Shown: positions 31,333 to 41,898, counted from the stretch's first letter. The stretch is 64,000 nt of DNA from an uncultured Dehalococcoidia bacterium (GCA_951812505.1 CATOSI010000001.1:956745-1020744), one strand, 5' to 3'. The notes: generated from the letters alone by a model not told the origin. Translations and numbers: made by a program.

Positions 31333-32454
31333 TCACCCTCGACCCCTGATCACCCTCTCGCCGAAATCCGAAATCAACTCACGCGCCGCCTGCCGGTCCA
31401 CCGCCGCCAGCGCCACGTTGTTGACGCCGATTGCCTCCAGGTCGTCCAGTTTGCGGCTGATCTCCTCCGCCGTACCGGTCAGCGTGCGACCGACCATGTC
31501 CGGGGAGACGAACCGATCTTCTCCATCTTTCAGGTACACATAATGCCCTTCGTGAACGTCCAGGTATCGCCTGTCGTCGGGCGTGGGATTCGGACGCCTG
31601 TCCCCATATTCGCGGACGTACCTGTCGAACTCTTCCGCGAGGCCAGGATTGCTCATTCCGAGGTTCGAGCCCGGTCCATAGTCGCGCTCCCACATCGCGT
31701 GAATGCCCGGGACCAGGGTTGGTCCCACGTTCCTGATCACCCGCTCGCTCGATACCGACTCGCCTTCTCTGAGAACACACGCCGACGTGAGCACCGTCAC
31801 ATATGGCATGGCACCGTGTCCGCCGAACTTGTCGAAGCTGTTGCCGGTCGCTTCCGCGGCGGCCATAACCCTGGGCAGCCCTTCCGGCACGGACGCGCTC
31901 CTCGCGGTCGTTATCCAGCCGTCGGATACCTCTCCGGCTATCTTCTGACCCCGTGGGCCGTTAGCGGCAAGCATCACGGGGATAGGGTCTTCGATGTTGA
32001 AGAACTCGTCCCGTCCCGAGTTGGACTTGGAGTGGATCAGCCGTATCCATCGCTCCCGGCTTCCCTCTCGCAGCAGCACATCTTCCCCGGCGAGCAATCC
32101 TTTGACCTGTAGCGCGTACTCCTCGAACTGGTCCATTGTGAGCGCCGGAAGGCCCATGGTATTCCGACCCGTGTAGCCGGTGCCGAGGCCGACGATTACC
32201 CTACCGGGCGCGATCCTGTTGATAGAAGCTGCGGCCGCCGCTGTCACCGGCGCAAGCCTGTTGCTCGGTATTGCAACGAGGGTGCCCAGTTTGATAGACG
32301 TAGTGTTCTGTGCCGCCAGCGCCATCGTGGCCCACACGTCGGAGTAGATGAGTTGCGAATCGAAGAACCAAGCGTGTGTGAAACCTGCCTCCTCAGCCGC
32401 TTTCACCTCGCGCCATGCCTCTATGTACGACGGGATTCCTATTCCGTAGTCCAT
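31333..32454 (-). CDS. LLM-class flavin/F420-dependent oxidoreductase
   Basis: AEEAGFTHAWFFDS, IKLGT, APGRVIVGLGTG, AANGPR. Confidence 0.9.
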   Translation of the reverse strand: MDYGIGIPSYIEAWREVKAAEEAGFTHAWFFDSQLIYSDVWATMALAAQNTTSIKLGTLVAIPSNRLAPVTAAAAASINRIAPGRVIVGLGTGYTGRNTMGLPALTMDQFEEYALQVKGLLAGEDVLLREGSRERWIRLIHSKSNSGRDEFFNIEDPIPVMLAANGPRGQKIAGEVSDGWITTARSASVPEGLPRVMAAAEATGNSFDKFGGHGAMPYVTVLTSACVLREGESVSSERVIRNVGPTLVPGIHAMWERDYGPGSNLGMSNPGLAEEFDRYVREYGDRRPNPTPDDRRYLDVHEGHYVYLKDGEDRFVSPDMVGRTLTGTAEEISRKLDDLEAIGVNNVALAAVDRQAARELISDFGERVIRGRG

Positions 32455-32708
32455 CTGGTCTGCTCTCCTCCCCAAGGGCTATCTACTTAGCCTTAAGTCC
32501 TCCTCCACAGTATCTCCCTTGAATAGATCGAGGCGCAACAGTTATTTGGCAATTTGAGAAAGTGGCGAACTCTAGGCCTGATTGACCGAAATCCGGTTAA
32601 TGTGCGTGACTCGGGTACAGCGCAGTCAGCCTGTCAACTCAACAGCTTCAACATGCTACGGTCTAAGGGAAAGGGTGTCAACGCCGGATCAAACGGCCTC
32701 ATGGTGGA

Positions 32709-33482
32709 CTAACTCTCAGGGGCCTGGTAAAACCCGGAGTTGAGGAAGCCGCCGTCAATGGGTATGCCAACGCCATTGATATAACGCGCTTCGTCGCTAC
32801 ACAGATACAGGACCAGTTCCGCAACCTCTTCCGGCAGGACCTCGCGCTTAATGGGGAAACGCTTCAGTCTTTGCTCTCTGAGTTCCGGCTCTCTCTTATA
32901 TACCATCTCTGTCATTGGCGTTATCGCTACGCCGGGACAGACCGCATTGACGTTTATCCCGTACTGCGCCCACTCCAGACCAAGCTGTCCGGCGAAGTTG
33001 ACTAGCGCTGCCTTCGCCGGGCCGTATGCGCCGCGTTCGGGTACGGGGGCAGCAGCCGCGACCGACGACATCAGCACGACGCTGCCGCCATCTCCCTGCT
33101 CGACCATCTGCCTACCTGCCTCCCGGCAGAACAGAAACGCCCCTGTCAGGTGTGCATCAAGGGAGAATTTCCACTGGTCGAGCGACATATCGAGCACCGG
33201 GGCCTTAATGTTCGTGCCTGCACAGTGTACGAGGTAGTCCACGCGTCCGAGTCGGCTCACGACCGTCCGCACGGCGTTGGCGACGGAGTCCTCGTCGGTG
33301 GCTTCGACATGTACCGCAATCGTCCGCCCACCGTCCGACTCTATTGACCGGGCCACTTGGGACGCCGCCTCACTATTGAGATCCGCCACGGCGACCGCCA
33401 CGCCGCGCGTCGAGAATCTGCGGCAGATCTCAGATCCCAGACCACCCGCTCCACCACTGACGATGACTACCTTTTGTTCCAT
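32709..33482 (-). CDS. SDR family oxidoreductase
   Basis: SGGAGGLG, YGPAK, NVNAVCPG, IDGG; start trimmed to MEQKVV. Confidence 0.92.
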   Translation of the reverse strand: MEQKVVIVSGGAGGLGSEICRRFSTRGVAVAVADLNSEAASQVARSIESDGGRTIAVHVEATDEDSVANAVRTVVSRLGRVDYLVHCAGTNIKAPVLDMSLDQWKFSLDAHLTGAFLFCREAGRQMVEQGDGGSVVLMSSVAAAAPVPERGAYGPAKAALVNFAGQLGLEWAQYGINVNAVCPGVAITPMTEMVYKREPELREQRLKRFPIKREVLPEEVAELVLYLCSDEARYINGVGIPIDGGFLNSGFYQAPES

Positions 33483-33590
33483 AGTCCACCTCTTAATGGC
33501 AATAACAGGATTGGATAATTGCGGTCCTATAACAGTACCGGCAGCCGCAGCGCAGGGTAGCGCGCCAGAGCCATTAAAGGCGGGGAAACC

Positions 33591-33634
33591 GGAGCCAACG
33601 GGCGGATTCGAACCGCCGACCTGCGGTTTACGAA
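33591..33634 (-). repeat. att direct repeat: copy of tRNA-Thr 3' half
   Basis: 44 bp identical to 43145-43188 (ggagccaacg...tttacgaa). Confidence 0.93.
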
Positions 33635-33699
33635 CCCCTGGCAGCTCCCTCAATCCTGGTCAATACGGGTCATGGGGCTGATTGGCAAGAAATGTCGTT

Positions 33700-34599
33700 C
33701 TAGCAGGGATCAGACGGTTCCAGGTCTTCTTCGGCTATGGGAAACCATAAGACTTCAATCCCACCATCTGCCTCGAGGTATCTGTCGATGTTTTCAGTGA
33801 CAAGACCTTCGATATTCGGAGCCAGCCTGACGGCCCCGACGACCGCGTATGTGTCCAGTTCCGTCGCGCATTGTAAAATCCTGGCGCGCTCGGATGCTCG
33901 TGTCACGTCACTGCCCGTTGCCGTGAATGACGCTTCCACTACAATGTAGAAACCCGGCTTGGAGCTTCTTCTTTCTGTGACCTCGATGACGAGGTCCGCC
34001 GTGGGAAAGGAGTTCAGCGCGTCGTCGCTGAGACCAAGCTCGTCGAGGGAATCGTACTTCTCCTCGATCATCGTATCCAGCGCATCGGTGTCGAGCACGT
34101 TGTAGCGTATCCGCCTCATCATTCGGGACCTGGCGAACAGATTGACTATCTCGTACCTGTTCTCGCGAGCGGCATGGCTTGCATAGTTTCCCCTGAACCT
34201 ATGGAAGTCCTGATGCTCGCGTCTGTACATACCGTGCAGCGCCCGTGTATCCGTCTTGATCTCGCTCGTATCTCTGAGCAGCGTTGCCACAGTTTCCAGG
34301 AGGGCGTTCTGAGCTTCCTGTAGTGCGTCGGACTTGGCGCGCATTTCCCTCTGCTCTTCGAGCATGGCATTCTGGGTCTTACGCATTTCCCTCTGCTCTT
34401 CGAGCATCGCATTCTGGGTCTTACGCATTTCCCTCTGCTCTTCGAGCATCGCATTCTGGGTCCTTTGCATATCGACCAACTGGCGGGGCACTCCCAGAAG
34501 TTCCTCGGTCAACAATTCGCGGCGGGCGGCGGACTTGAACTCTTCGCTGTCGCGGAGAGCGCGAAGAAAGTCGTCGGTGGTGCTGATATGTATAGTCAT
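33700..34599 (-). CDS. Coiled-coil repeat protein with probable C-terminal PD-(D/E)XK-like domain
   Basis: DDFLRALR..EEFK.AARRELLTEELL.VP N-terminus; 3x TQNAMLEEQREMRK; ADLVI...VVEASFT...DV.RA. Confidence 0.7.
   Translation of the reverse strand: MTIHISTTDDFLRALRDSEEFKSAARRELLTEELLGVPRQLVDMQRTQNAMLEEQREMRKTQNAMLEEQREMRKTQNAMLEEQREMRAKSDALQEAQNALLETVATLLRDTSEIKTDTRALHGMYRREHQDFHRFRGNYASHAARENRYEIVNLFARSRMMRRIRYNVLDTDALDTMIEEKYDSLDELGLSDDALNSFPTADLVIEVTERRSSKPGFYIVVEASFTATGSDVTRASERARILQCATELDTYAVVGAVRLAPNIEGLVTENIDRYLEADGGIEVLWFPIAEEDLEPSDPC
34340..34462. repeat. In-frame 42-bp tandem repeat, ~3 copies
   Basis: cgcatttccctctgctcttcgagcat(g/c)gcattctgggtc at 34340, 34382, 34424. Confidence 0.95.
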
Positions 34600-35002
34600 A
34601 GAATAATCTCCCGCTTCAATTATAGACCACCTATGTGCTGAGTAGAAATTGCTGGAACTTAACTCCACCACCCTGCAGGTAAGGATACACGGGATAGAGG
34701 CTGACTTGCCTCACTCACTGTGCGGAATGTGTTGGTTGTTGTGTGAAACACAAATTTTGTACCAGGCGGTCTCAGGGTAGTGATGTCGGTTTCCGTCCGT
34801 GGTGAAAGCAGTATCGCCTGTCTCCGTAGCGATAACGTCTGCTTGCCCCTTGAGTGTCCGTCCCTGGGCATCCAGTGGACCCCGTAGTTCGGACAACGGG
34901 TGTATGCGCGTGGACGAGCCAGAGTAATCGGCCTACTATCAAACTTTAACCGATATATTCCAAATTATCGCGGTGTTACATGAATACGCGAAAACAGAAC
35001 TC

Positions 35003-35032
35003 TTGCACTAACGAACATGTGTTTGATATACT
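35003..35032 (+). promoter_or_regulatory. Sigma70-type promoter with LexA (GAAC-N4-GTTY) box
   Basis: TTGCAC (35003)-18 bp-TATACT (35027) enclosing CGAACATGTGTTTG (35012-35025), upstream of imuB. Confidence 0.75.
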
Positions 35033-35126
35033 CCCCGCCACTAACTTCAGGGAGGGTATCAGATGGTTAAATCGCTTCTCGATTCCTGCGTCTGCGGGAT
35101 AACCCCACTCGAGCGGGTCCGCTGAA

Positions 35127-36581
35127 ATGATAGTCGCCTGTGTACTCATAACCCACTTCCGCGCGAAGGCGGAGCTGATCAGGCGCCCGAAACTGGAGGG
35201 TCGCGCGTTCGCAATATCGGACAGGGCCCGCCCCGGCTCGCTCGTCATCGACCGCTCTCCGGCGGCGCGAGACGTCCTCACCGGCATGACGCTCCAGCGT
35301 GCCGTGTCCACTGTGTCCGACCTGACGATTCTGGACGCGGATGAGCCATACTATGAAGCCTTATTCGAGCGTCTGCTCGACTCGCTCGGACGCGTGAGCG
35401 ACATGGTGGAGGCCGGGGGCCTGGGACAGGCTTACGTGAGGCTGGACGGTCTGGAGGGGATGTACGGGGGCGAGGCTGGGGCGGTGTCTGCGCTGCTCGA
35501 CGCCGTTCCCGATCATCTCAATCCGCGAGTGGGAGTGGGCGGCTCCAAGTTCCCGGCTTACGTTACCGCCCGGACTGCCGGGCCCATGAGAGCGGCGAGA
35601 GCGCCGGACGACGTGCCCGCTTTCCTCGCGCCGATGTCCATCGAGATCCTTCCGGTGTCGGACCACCTGAAGGCTGCGCTCGCTCGCTTCGGAATGCGTA
35701 TCATCGGAGACGTGTCATTGGTCGGACAGGCCGCGATGTTCGACCGCTTCGGGAGAGAGGGCGCGACTGCCTGGGAACTCTCCATTGGAGTGGACCCCAG
35801 GCCGTTCGTTCCTATGAGTGTCGAAGAGTCCGTCGTCGAGTACACGACGCTGCCGTTTTCCACGACCTCGACAGAGATGTTGCGCGTGGGTCTGGACATG
35901 CTGCTCAGGCGCGCGTTCGCAAGACCCGCGCTGAGGAACAGGAGCGTGGGAGCGGCTACCCTCATGTCCTCGACCTCCGACGATGAGCCCTGGAAGCTCC
36001 ACGTCCGTTTCAGGACTCCTATAGAGCGCTGGGAGCGAGCCTCCGAGCTTATGAGAGAACGCCTCGTGACAGAGCCGCCGGCACATCCCATCGACGACCT
36101 GTCGCTGACCCTCTCGGACCTCGGGGGCGAGACCGGCGTCCAGACGGGACTGATCAGAGACGCGAGGGAGAGCGGGCGCGAGACGCTCATCGGTGTGGAC
36201 AGGCGTCTTTCGGCGCGCTTCGGCGGATCCCGCGCGCTTCACAGGGCGGTAGAGGTCGCACCCTGGCATCCGGCGCCGGAGATGCGTTCGCTACTGGTGC
36301 CTATAGATCCACTGGCTTCTGACTCCGTCCGCGCCCTGCATATGCCGGCTCCGGCGGAGGTGAGGGAAGCCGGCAGAGGAGGTGAGCGTGGGCCCACCTC
36401 ACTCTTCCGGGACGGCGAGTGGCGGCCCATAGCGCGGATAGAGGAGCGCTGGACGTTCGACCTGTGGTGGCTTCCGCAGCCGATGTCTCGTTCGTACTAC
36501 CGCGTGGAGTCTGAGGACGGAACTCTGCATACCCTGTTCCGCGACGAGGCGACCGGCCAATGGTACAGCCAGGCCGCGTGA
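35127..36581 (+). CDS. imuB: ImuB-like inactive Y-family polymerase
   Basis: Y-family layout (GMTLQRA, VGVGGSKFPA, LARFGMR.IGD) lacking catalytic acidic motifs; C-terminal ERW.FDLWW...RSYYRV. Confidence 0.8.
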   Translation: MIVACVLITHFRAKAELIRRPKLEGRAFAISDRARPGSLVIDRSPAARDVLTGMTLQRAVSTVSDLTILDADEPYYEALFERLLDSLGRVSDMVEAGGLGQAYVRLDGLEGMYGGEAGAVSALLDAVPDHLNPRVGVGGSKFPAYVTARTAGPMRAARAPDDVPAFLAPMSIEILPVSDHLKAALARFGMRIIGDVSLVGQAAMFDRFGREGATAWELSIGVDPRPFVPMSVEESVVEYTTLPFSTTSTEMLRVGLDMLLRRAFARPALRNRSVGAATLMSSTSDDEPWKLHVRFRTPIERWERASELMRERLVTEPPAHPIDDLSLTLSDLGGETGVQTGLIRDARESGRETLIGVDRRLSARFGGSRALHRAVEVAPWHPAPEMRSLLVPIDPLASDSVRALHMPAPAEVREAGRGGERGPTSLFRDGEWRPIARIEERWTFDLWWLPQPMSRSYYRVESEDGTLHTLFRDEATGQWYSQAA

Positions 36582-36589
36582 GTCGTGTC

Positions 36590-39500
36590 ATGTCGGACCG
36601 CTACGTCGAGCTTCACGCGAAGAGTTTCTTCAGTTTCGGAAAGGGCGCTTCCCATATCCACGAGCTTGCGACCCGGGCCGTGGACCATGGGCAGACTGCG
36701 CTCGCGCTGACCGACACCAACCTGTGCGGCGCGCTCGAGTTCGCGAACCTGGCGGGCACGCTGGGTCTGAAGCCCATCACCGGCGGCGAGATCACGCTCT
36801 CGGACGGCTCGCGCATAACGCTGCTGGCGAAGTCCAGGGCCGGGTACTCCAACCTCTCTCAGCTTCTCACGTTCGCCAACCGAAGCGACCGGCGCGAGCC
36901 GAGGCTCAATGTGAAGTATCTTCCCAGACACGCCGATGGTCTTATCATGCTGACCGGCGGCAGGGACGGCAGACTGTCCAGACTGCTCGTCGAAGGACGA
37001 TATGGCGAGGCCGGGGAATGTCTGAAGCAGGCTATGGACTGGTACGGCTCCGACTCTGTGTATGTCGAGATCCAGAGGAACCTCCTGGAAGGTGAGGCGC
37101 GCCGCAACAGGCGGCTGGCCGCGCTCGCCGGTGAGATGGGCGCTCCGTTGGTCGCGACGAACGGGGCGCTCTACCACACGCCTGAGAGATACAAACTCCA
37201 GCACGCGCTGGTGGCCATAAGACACAACTCGACCATCGACCGGAGCCTGGAGCACATCCTGCCCAACGACCAGTTCTATCTGAGGTCAGAGGCGGAGATG
37301 AGAGCGCTGTTCTCCGATATGCCGCAGGCCGTATCCAACACGGTCAGGATCGCCCAGCGATGCGGCTTCGACCTGTCTTCGGACCTGGGCTATACCCTTC
37401 CGGAGCCCGACGTGCCTGAGGGATACACGCCGATGAGCTATCTCGTGAGACTGTGTTACGAGGCCGCAGTGAGAAGGTACGGCTCGATAACCGAGCGAGT
37501 GGAGAGCCGGCTCCAGCAGGAGTTCCGGCTGATAGAGCGGAACGGGATGGCGGGCTTCCTGCTGCTGTACCGCGAGATCGCACTTCTAGCGCGGGAGATC
37601 ATGGAGGAGCGAGGGCTGGTCGGGCCTGAGGTAGCACTCGAGGAGCGTCCGCCGGGCAGGGGGCGCGGCTCATCGGTCGCGCTTCTGGCGGGCTATCTGA
37701 TAGGCATAAGCCACGTGGACCCGCTGAAGTGGAACCTGACGCTGGAGAGGTTCATATCGGAGGAGGCGGGCTCGCTCCCAGACATAGACCTGGACTTTCC
37801 CAGGGCCATCAGGGACGAGCTCATCGAGAGGGTGCACAGGAGGTTCGGCCCCGCCTTCGCGGTCCTGACCGGGGCGGTCTCGACCTACAGGGGTCGAGGT
37901 GTCATACGTGATCTTGGAAGCGCTCTTGGACTACCTGAAGAGCGGCTGAAGTTACTGGCGGGACGGGTGCATACCGATGACATGGGCGTTCTGTCTGAGA
38001 GAATGAGCGAGATGCCCGAGTTCTCAGGCAGTCTGAAGGCTACGGGCTGGAGGAACTTCGTCGAACTCGCTCCGCAGCTCCTGGGCGCTCCGAAGTCGCT
38101 GGGCCAGCACGTGGGCGGGATGATCCTGAGCAGTTCTCCGATACCCGAGATGGTGCCGGTGAGGGCGGGAGCGATGCAGGGTCGCTACATAATGGACTGG
38201 GACAGGGACTCAGTGGCCGACGCCGGATTCGCCAAGATAGATATCCTGTCTCTGCCGGTCCTGGACCAGATAGAGGAGGCTCTGGACCTGATAGAGAGGA
38301 GCGGGAGGGAGCGGCCCGACATGAGCCGCATAGACCCCGGGGACACCGACGTGTACGACGTGATAAACGAGGGGAGGTGCAAGGGGGTGTTCCTATTACA
38401 GTCGCCAGCTCAGCTCAAGCTGGCGCGCAGACTGCTCTCCCGCAACCTTCTGGACCTCGCATACCAGGTGGCTCTGATAAGACCCGGGGTGGGAGCGGCT
38501 GAGAGCGCGGTGAGTAGGTTCGTCGACAGGTACAGATACGGTGCGGAGTGGGAATACGACCATCCACTGGAAGAGCGAGCCCTAGAACGAGGTTACGGCA
38601 TCATCGTGTGGCAGGAACAGGTGGTACAGCTTCTGATGGACGTCGGAGGACTGAGCGCGTCGGAGGCGGACGGGGTAAGGCGCGCCTTCGCCAAGTCCAG
38701 CAACAGCCACCTGATGGCGATGTACAGGCGGCGCTTCCTGGAAGGCGCACTGAACAACGGAGTGGACAGGGAGACCGCGCTGAAGGTGTTCGAGAAGGTC
38801 AACGGGCAGTACATGTTCCCGGAATCGCACTCCCACGCCTTCGCTATAACCGCGTACCAGGCGGCATGGCTCAAGCGCCACCATCCTCTGGAGTTCTTCG
38901 TCGCGCTGATGAACAACCAGCCTATGGGCTTCTACCCCATGGAGACGCTCAAGCAGGACGCCAGGCGGTTCGGCGTCCCGTTCCTGAACCCCTGCGTCAA
39001 CCGCAGTCAATCGAAGTGTGTTCCAGAGAACGGCTCAGCGTTGCTGGGGCTGGGGCTCGTGAAGGACGTTGGCCCGGAGTCGGCAAAGTTGATCGTGGAG
39101 GAGAGGGAGGCACGCGGTCCATATATCGGCGCGGGGGACCTGGTGAGGCGTACCCGACTGAGGCCGCAGGCGGTGGAGTCACTGGTCATGGCCGGAGCGT
39201 TCGACCGCATAACGCCCAACCGCAGGCAGTCGCTGTGGGACGCGGGTCTGTATGCCAGTCCGAAGAGAAACGGTCAGGCCACGCTGCCGCTCTCGATGGA
39301 GGACTCTATCCCAAACCTCGCCGACTTTTCGGAGGCCGAGCGGATGGCGGGCGAGTACCGTACGATGGGCATCTATCCCAGGGGGCACCTCATGCAGTTC
39401 GTCAGGCCAGGTCTGCCTTCCGCGGTGATGACCTGCGGGGAGGTGGAGCGTCTGGGCGACGGGGACTTCGCGGTGGTCGCGGGATGGCCTATAGCCAGGC

Positions 39501-39736
39501 AGCATCCGAAGGGGCGAGACGGGACTATATTCGTTACCATCGAGGACGAGACCGGGGACACGCAGGTGATACTATGGCCCGGGGTCTATGCACGGTACCG
39601 CAGGGAACTCAGCAGCCAGGTGGTACTCGTACGGGGGACTATATCCGCTTGGGACGGCACGGTGAACCTGATAGCCTCGGAGGTGCGAGCGATCCGGTCG
39701 GGTGTGCGGATGCCGCGGTCCCACGACTGGCGCTGA
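36590..39736 (+). CDS. dnaE2: Error-prone DNA polymerase DnaE2
   Basis: PHP YVELHAKS.FSF..GAS, GRGSS, PDIDLD, GQHVGG, FPESH, NNQPMGFY, terminal SHDWR; alternative GTG start 36578. Confidence 0.93.
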   Translation: MSDRYVELHAKSFFSFGKGASHIHELATRAVDHGQTALALTDTNLCGALEFANLAGTLGLKPITGGEITLSDGSRITLLAKSRAGYSNLSQLLTFANRSDRREPRLNVKYLPRHADGLIMLTGGRDGRLSRLLVEGRYGEAGECLKQAMDWYGSDSVYVEIQRNLLEGEARRNRRLAALAGEMGAPLVATNGALYHTPERYKLQHALVAIRHNSTIDRSLEHILPNDQFYLRSEAEMRALFSDMPQAVSNTVRIAQRCGFDLSSDLGYTLPEPDVPEGYTPMSYLVRLCYEAAVRRYGSITERVESRLQQEFRLIERNGMAGFLLLYREIALLAREIMEERGLVGPEVALEERPPGRGRGSSVALLAGYLIGISHVDPLKWNLTLERFISEEAGSLPDIDLDFPRAIRDELIERVHRRFGPAFAVLTGAVSTYRGRGVIRDLGSALGLPEERLKLLAGRVHTDDMGVLSERMSEMPEFSGSLKATGWRNFVELAPQLLGAPKSLGQHVGGMILSSSPIPEMVPVRAGAMQGRYIMDWDRDSVADAGFAKIDILSLPVLDQIEEALDLIERSGRERPDMSRIDPGDTDVYDVINEGRCKGVFLLQSPAQLKLARRLLSRNLLDLAYQVALIRPGVGAAESAVSRFVDRYRYGAEWEYDHPLEERALERGYGIIVWQEQVVQLLMDVGGLSASEADGVRRAFAKSSNSHLMAMYRRRFLEGALNNGVDRETALKVFEKVNGQYMFPESHSHAFAITAYQAAWLKRHHPLEFFVALMNNQPMGFYPMETLKQDARRFGVPFLNPCVNRSQSKCVPENGSALLGLGLVKDVGPESAKLIVEEREARGPYIGAGDLVRRTRLRPQAVESLVMAGAFDRITPNRRQSLWDAGLYASPKRNGQATLPLSMEDSIPNLADFSEAERMAGEYRTMGIYPRGHLMQFVRPGLPSAVMTCGEVERLGDGDFAVVAGWPIARQHPKGRDGTIFVTIEDETGDTQVILWPGVYARYRRELSSQVVLVRGTISAWDGTVNLIASEVRAIRSGVRMPRSHDWR

Positions 39737-39759
39737 TGGACGGGCGCTCGCAGGTCGGA

Positions 39760-40397
39760 CTACCGACGCCTCCACATTACGTATCCCATGCTCCCTCCGA
39801 CAATTAGGACGATCGCGGCAGTAAATAGCACAACTAAACGCACTCTGTCCAAAGTCGTTTCTCGCGGTTGCTCAGGCAATGGCCCTCCCTGCCCGGCTTG
39901 AGGAGTATGGACATCTCCCAGTGCACCGAGATCTTCCTGGGCCTGCACGAGGAGGGCTGTCCGACTACATATGCCAACGGTGTAGCCTCCATCGGCATAT
40001 GGGCTGTCGTTGGCATAGACGATGTAATCTTCTCCTTTGATGAAACCGAAGCCACAGCTCCCGCCGGTCGGGGGTGTTGTGATGTACATATCCTCATGGA
40101 CGATGCCCTTCCATACGGCGCTGACCTCTATTCCAACCGTGGTGCGGTCCTCGGGCGAGACGGAGACCCCATCGGGATCGTAGGAATGCTGAATCAAGAC
40201 GACTCTGCCCGCAAAGACGGCGGAGAACTTCTCCAACTCTTCGCGGAAGGTGAACCGGCCTGAGCGCACTTGCAGGCGTGAACCGGTCCCGGGTTACCCA
40301 GGATCCAGAGAACACCCACCATGAGGGCCAAGCTTACGAGGACAGGTGGTACCGCCGCGAGCCACCTCTTTTCACATCTTGCTATTGCTGTCCGCAT
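39760..40397 (-). pseudogene. Frameshifted TIMP/NTR-like exported protein
   Basis: Signal peptide + ACKC in one frame continues near 40245 into AVFAGRV..WKG..SCGFGF..GEDYIVYA..CSRT + C-terminal TM. Confidence 0.6.
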
Positions 40398-40548
40398 GAG
40401 TTGTTCTCTCATCCTTTCTGCCGAGTATACCTGTGTTTCGCTCTATGAGAAAACATTTCTCACTTCACATAACCATCGCAGGACCAATGAGTGAAAGTTG
40501 CGCATTTTAGAGGAACCGGGTCCACAGCGGTCTCTATGGGCTACCAAG

Positions 40549-41898
40549 CTAGACGCTCGCGTATCGGGACTGCTGCGAAACATGCTTCACTTCGCACTCG
40601 ACAGGCATTTTCGGCGCAGGTGTGGTCAGAGTGAGGAAGGCGGCGAAAACCATGAGTGCGACACCTATCCCCCAGGCGGGATCGTAAGCGCCAGTGAAGT
40701 CGCGGATGTAGCCTGCCGTGGGCGCGCCCAGTCCGCCGACAGCGAAGTTGATTGGGTTCAGGAGACCGCGTATGCTGCCCACGCTCTCGCGCCCGAAGTA
40801 GTCGGCCCAGATGAAGTGCTGCAGAAACGTCATTCCGCCCATTCCCAGTCCGAATACAGCCATGGATGTAAACATGACCGTGTCGTTGTAGGCGTAGATC
40901 GTCATGGCGCTTGCAATCGCCAGCATCGCGAAGCCCGTCGCTCCGAGGACGCGAGCGGGAATGTACCTGACCAGAATGCCGAAAGTGAATGTCGCCGCAC
41001 CCGCGCACACTGCGTCGAAAGCAACGGCGAACGTCACGTGCGCAGGGTCGAGTCCCCTGTCCATGAAGGCTGGTATTCTGTGGAGGTCGATCGTGCCGGC
41101 AGCCAGTGAAGCGGTGCTGAAAACAATAACAAGTCTCCAGAGCGTCTTAGTGCGGACAGCTTCGGATACGGACCACGAGGACTCGTCAGAATCCGCTCTC
41201 TCCGCTGAGTCTGGGTCCATGTTGCCGTCGGGGCGCAGACCCATATCTTCCGGATGGCGTCGGACGAATATGGCCGCCAGCGGTACGAGTATGCCCATGC
41301 CGACTATAGCCAGAACCATCCAAGACGTCGCCCATCCGACCGTCTCAATGAGGTACTCGGTCAGGGGAATAAACAGCATCGCTCCGATGGGAACGCCCAG
41401 AGACATATAGGCCAGCGCGCGTCCCCTTTTCCTGACGAACCACTTGAGCACCGTCACGGAGGTCGCCAAGGCGCCCGGACCACTCATTCCAATGAGTCCC
41501 ATGATTGTGAACAGCAGAATCAATTGCCATGAGTGGCTGATGTACGCAAGTCCTATCATGGCGAGGCCTGTTGTCAGTGCAGCGACCGGCAGTATGACAC
41601 GAGCTCCGAAGCGGTCCAGAAGGGCTCCTGCCACGGGGCTGGAGAGCGCCTCAGCGCCCCAGCGCGCGGTCTGTGCCCATCCGAAGGAGGCGCGCCCAAT
41701 GCCGAGGTCGTCGCCCATTGGCTTGACGAACAGTCCGAAGTTGAGCGTGCCCTTCGCCATGCTGACCGCGCTGGAAACGGCCATCACACCGACGATCACC
41801 CATCCGTAGAAGATTCGCCTCGGACGTTCCCATTCCAGAAGTCCAGTAGCGCATGGGACATGCAAGCATCCCAGACGACGGTCGAACTTTAAGGGCAC
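40549..41898 (-). CDS. MFS transporter
   Basis: IFYGWVIV, GALLDRFGAR, WFVRKRGRA, ADYFGR, GYIRDFTGAY; ~12 TM. Confidence 0.92.
   Translation of the reverse strand: MPLKFDRRLGCLHVPCATGLLEWERPRRIFYGWVIVGVMAVSSAVSMAKGTLNFGLFVKPMGDDLGIGRASFGWAQTARWGAEALSSPVAGALLDRFGARVILPVAALTTGLAMIGLAYISHSWQLILLFTIMGLIGMSGPGALATSVTVLKWFVRKRGRALAYMSLGVPIGAMLFIPLTEYLIETVGWATSWMVLAIVGMGILVPLAAIFVRRHPEDMGLRPDGNMDPDSAERADSDESSWSVSEAVRTKTLWRLVIVFSTASLAAGTIDLHRIPAFMDRGLDPAHVTFAVAFDAVCAGAATFTFGILVRYIPARVLGATGFAMLAIASAMTIYAYNDTVMFTSMAVFGLGMGGMTFLQHFIWADYFGRESVGSIRGLLNPINFAVGGLGAPTAGYIRDFTGAYDPAWGIGVALMVFAAFLTLTTPAPKMPVECEVKHVSQQSRYASV

Noticed and set aside
33591-33653. Second tRNA, or N-terminal extension of the SDR ORF
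   Set aside because: Only the 3' 44 nt of the tRNA are present (att repeat); the SDR starts at 33482
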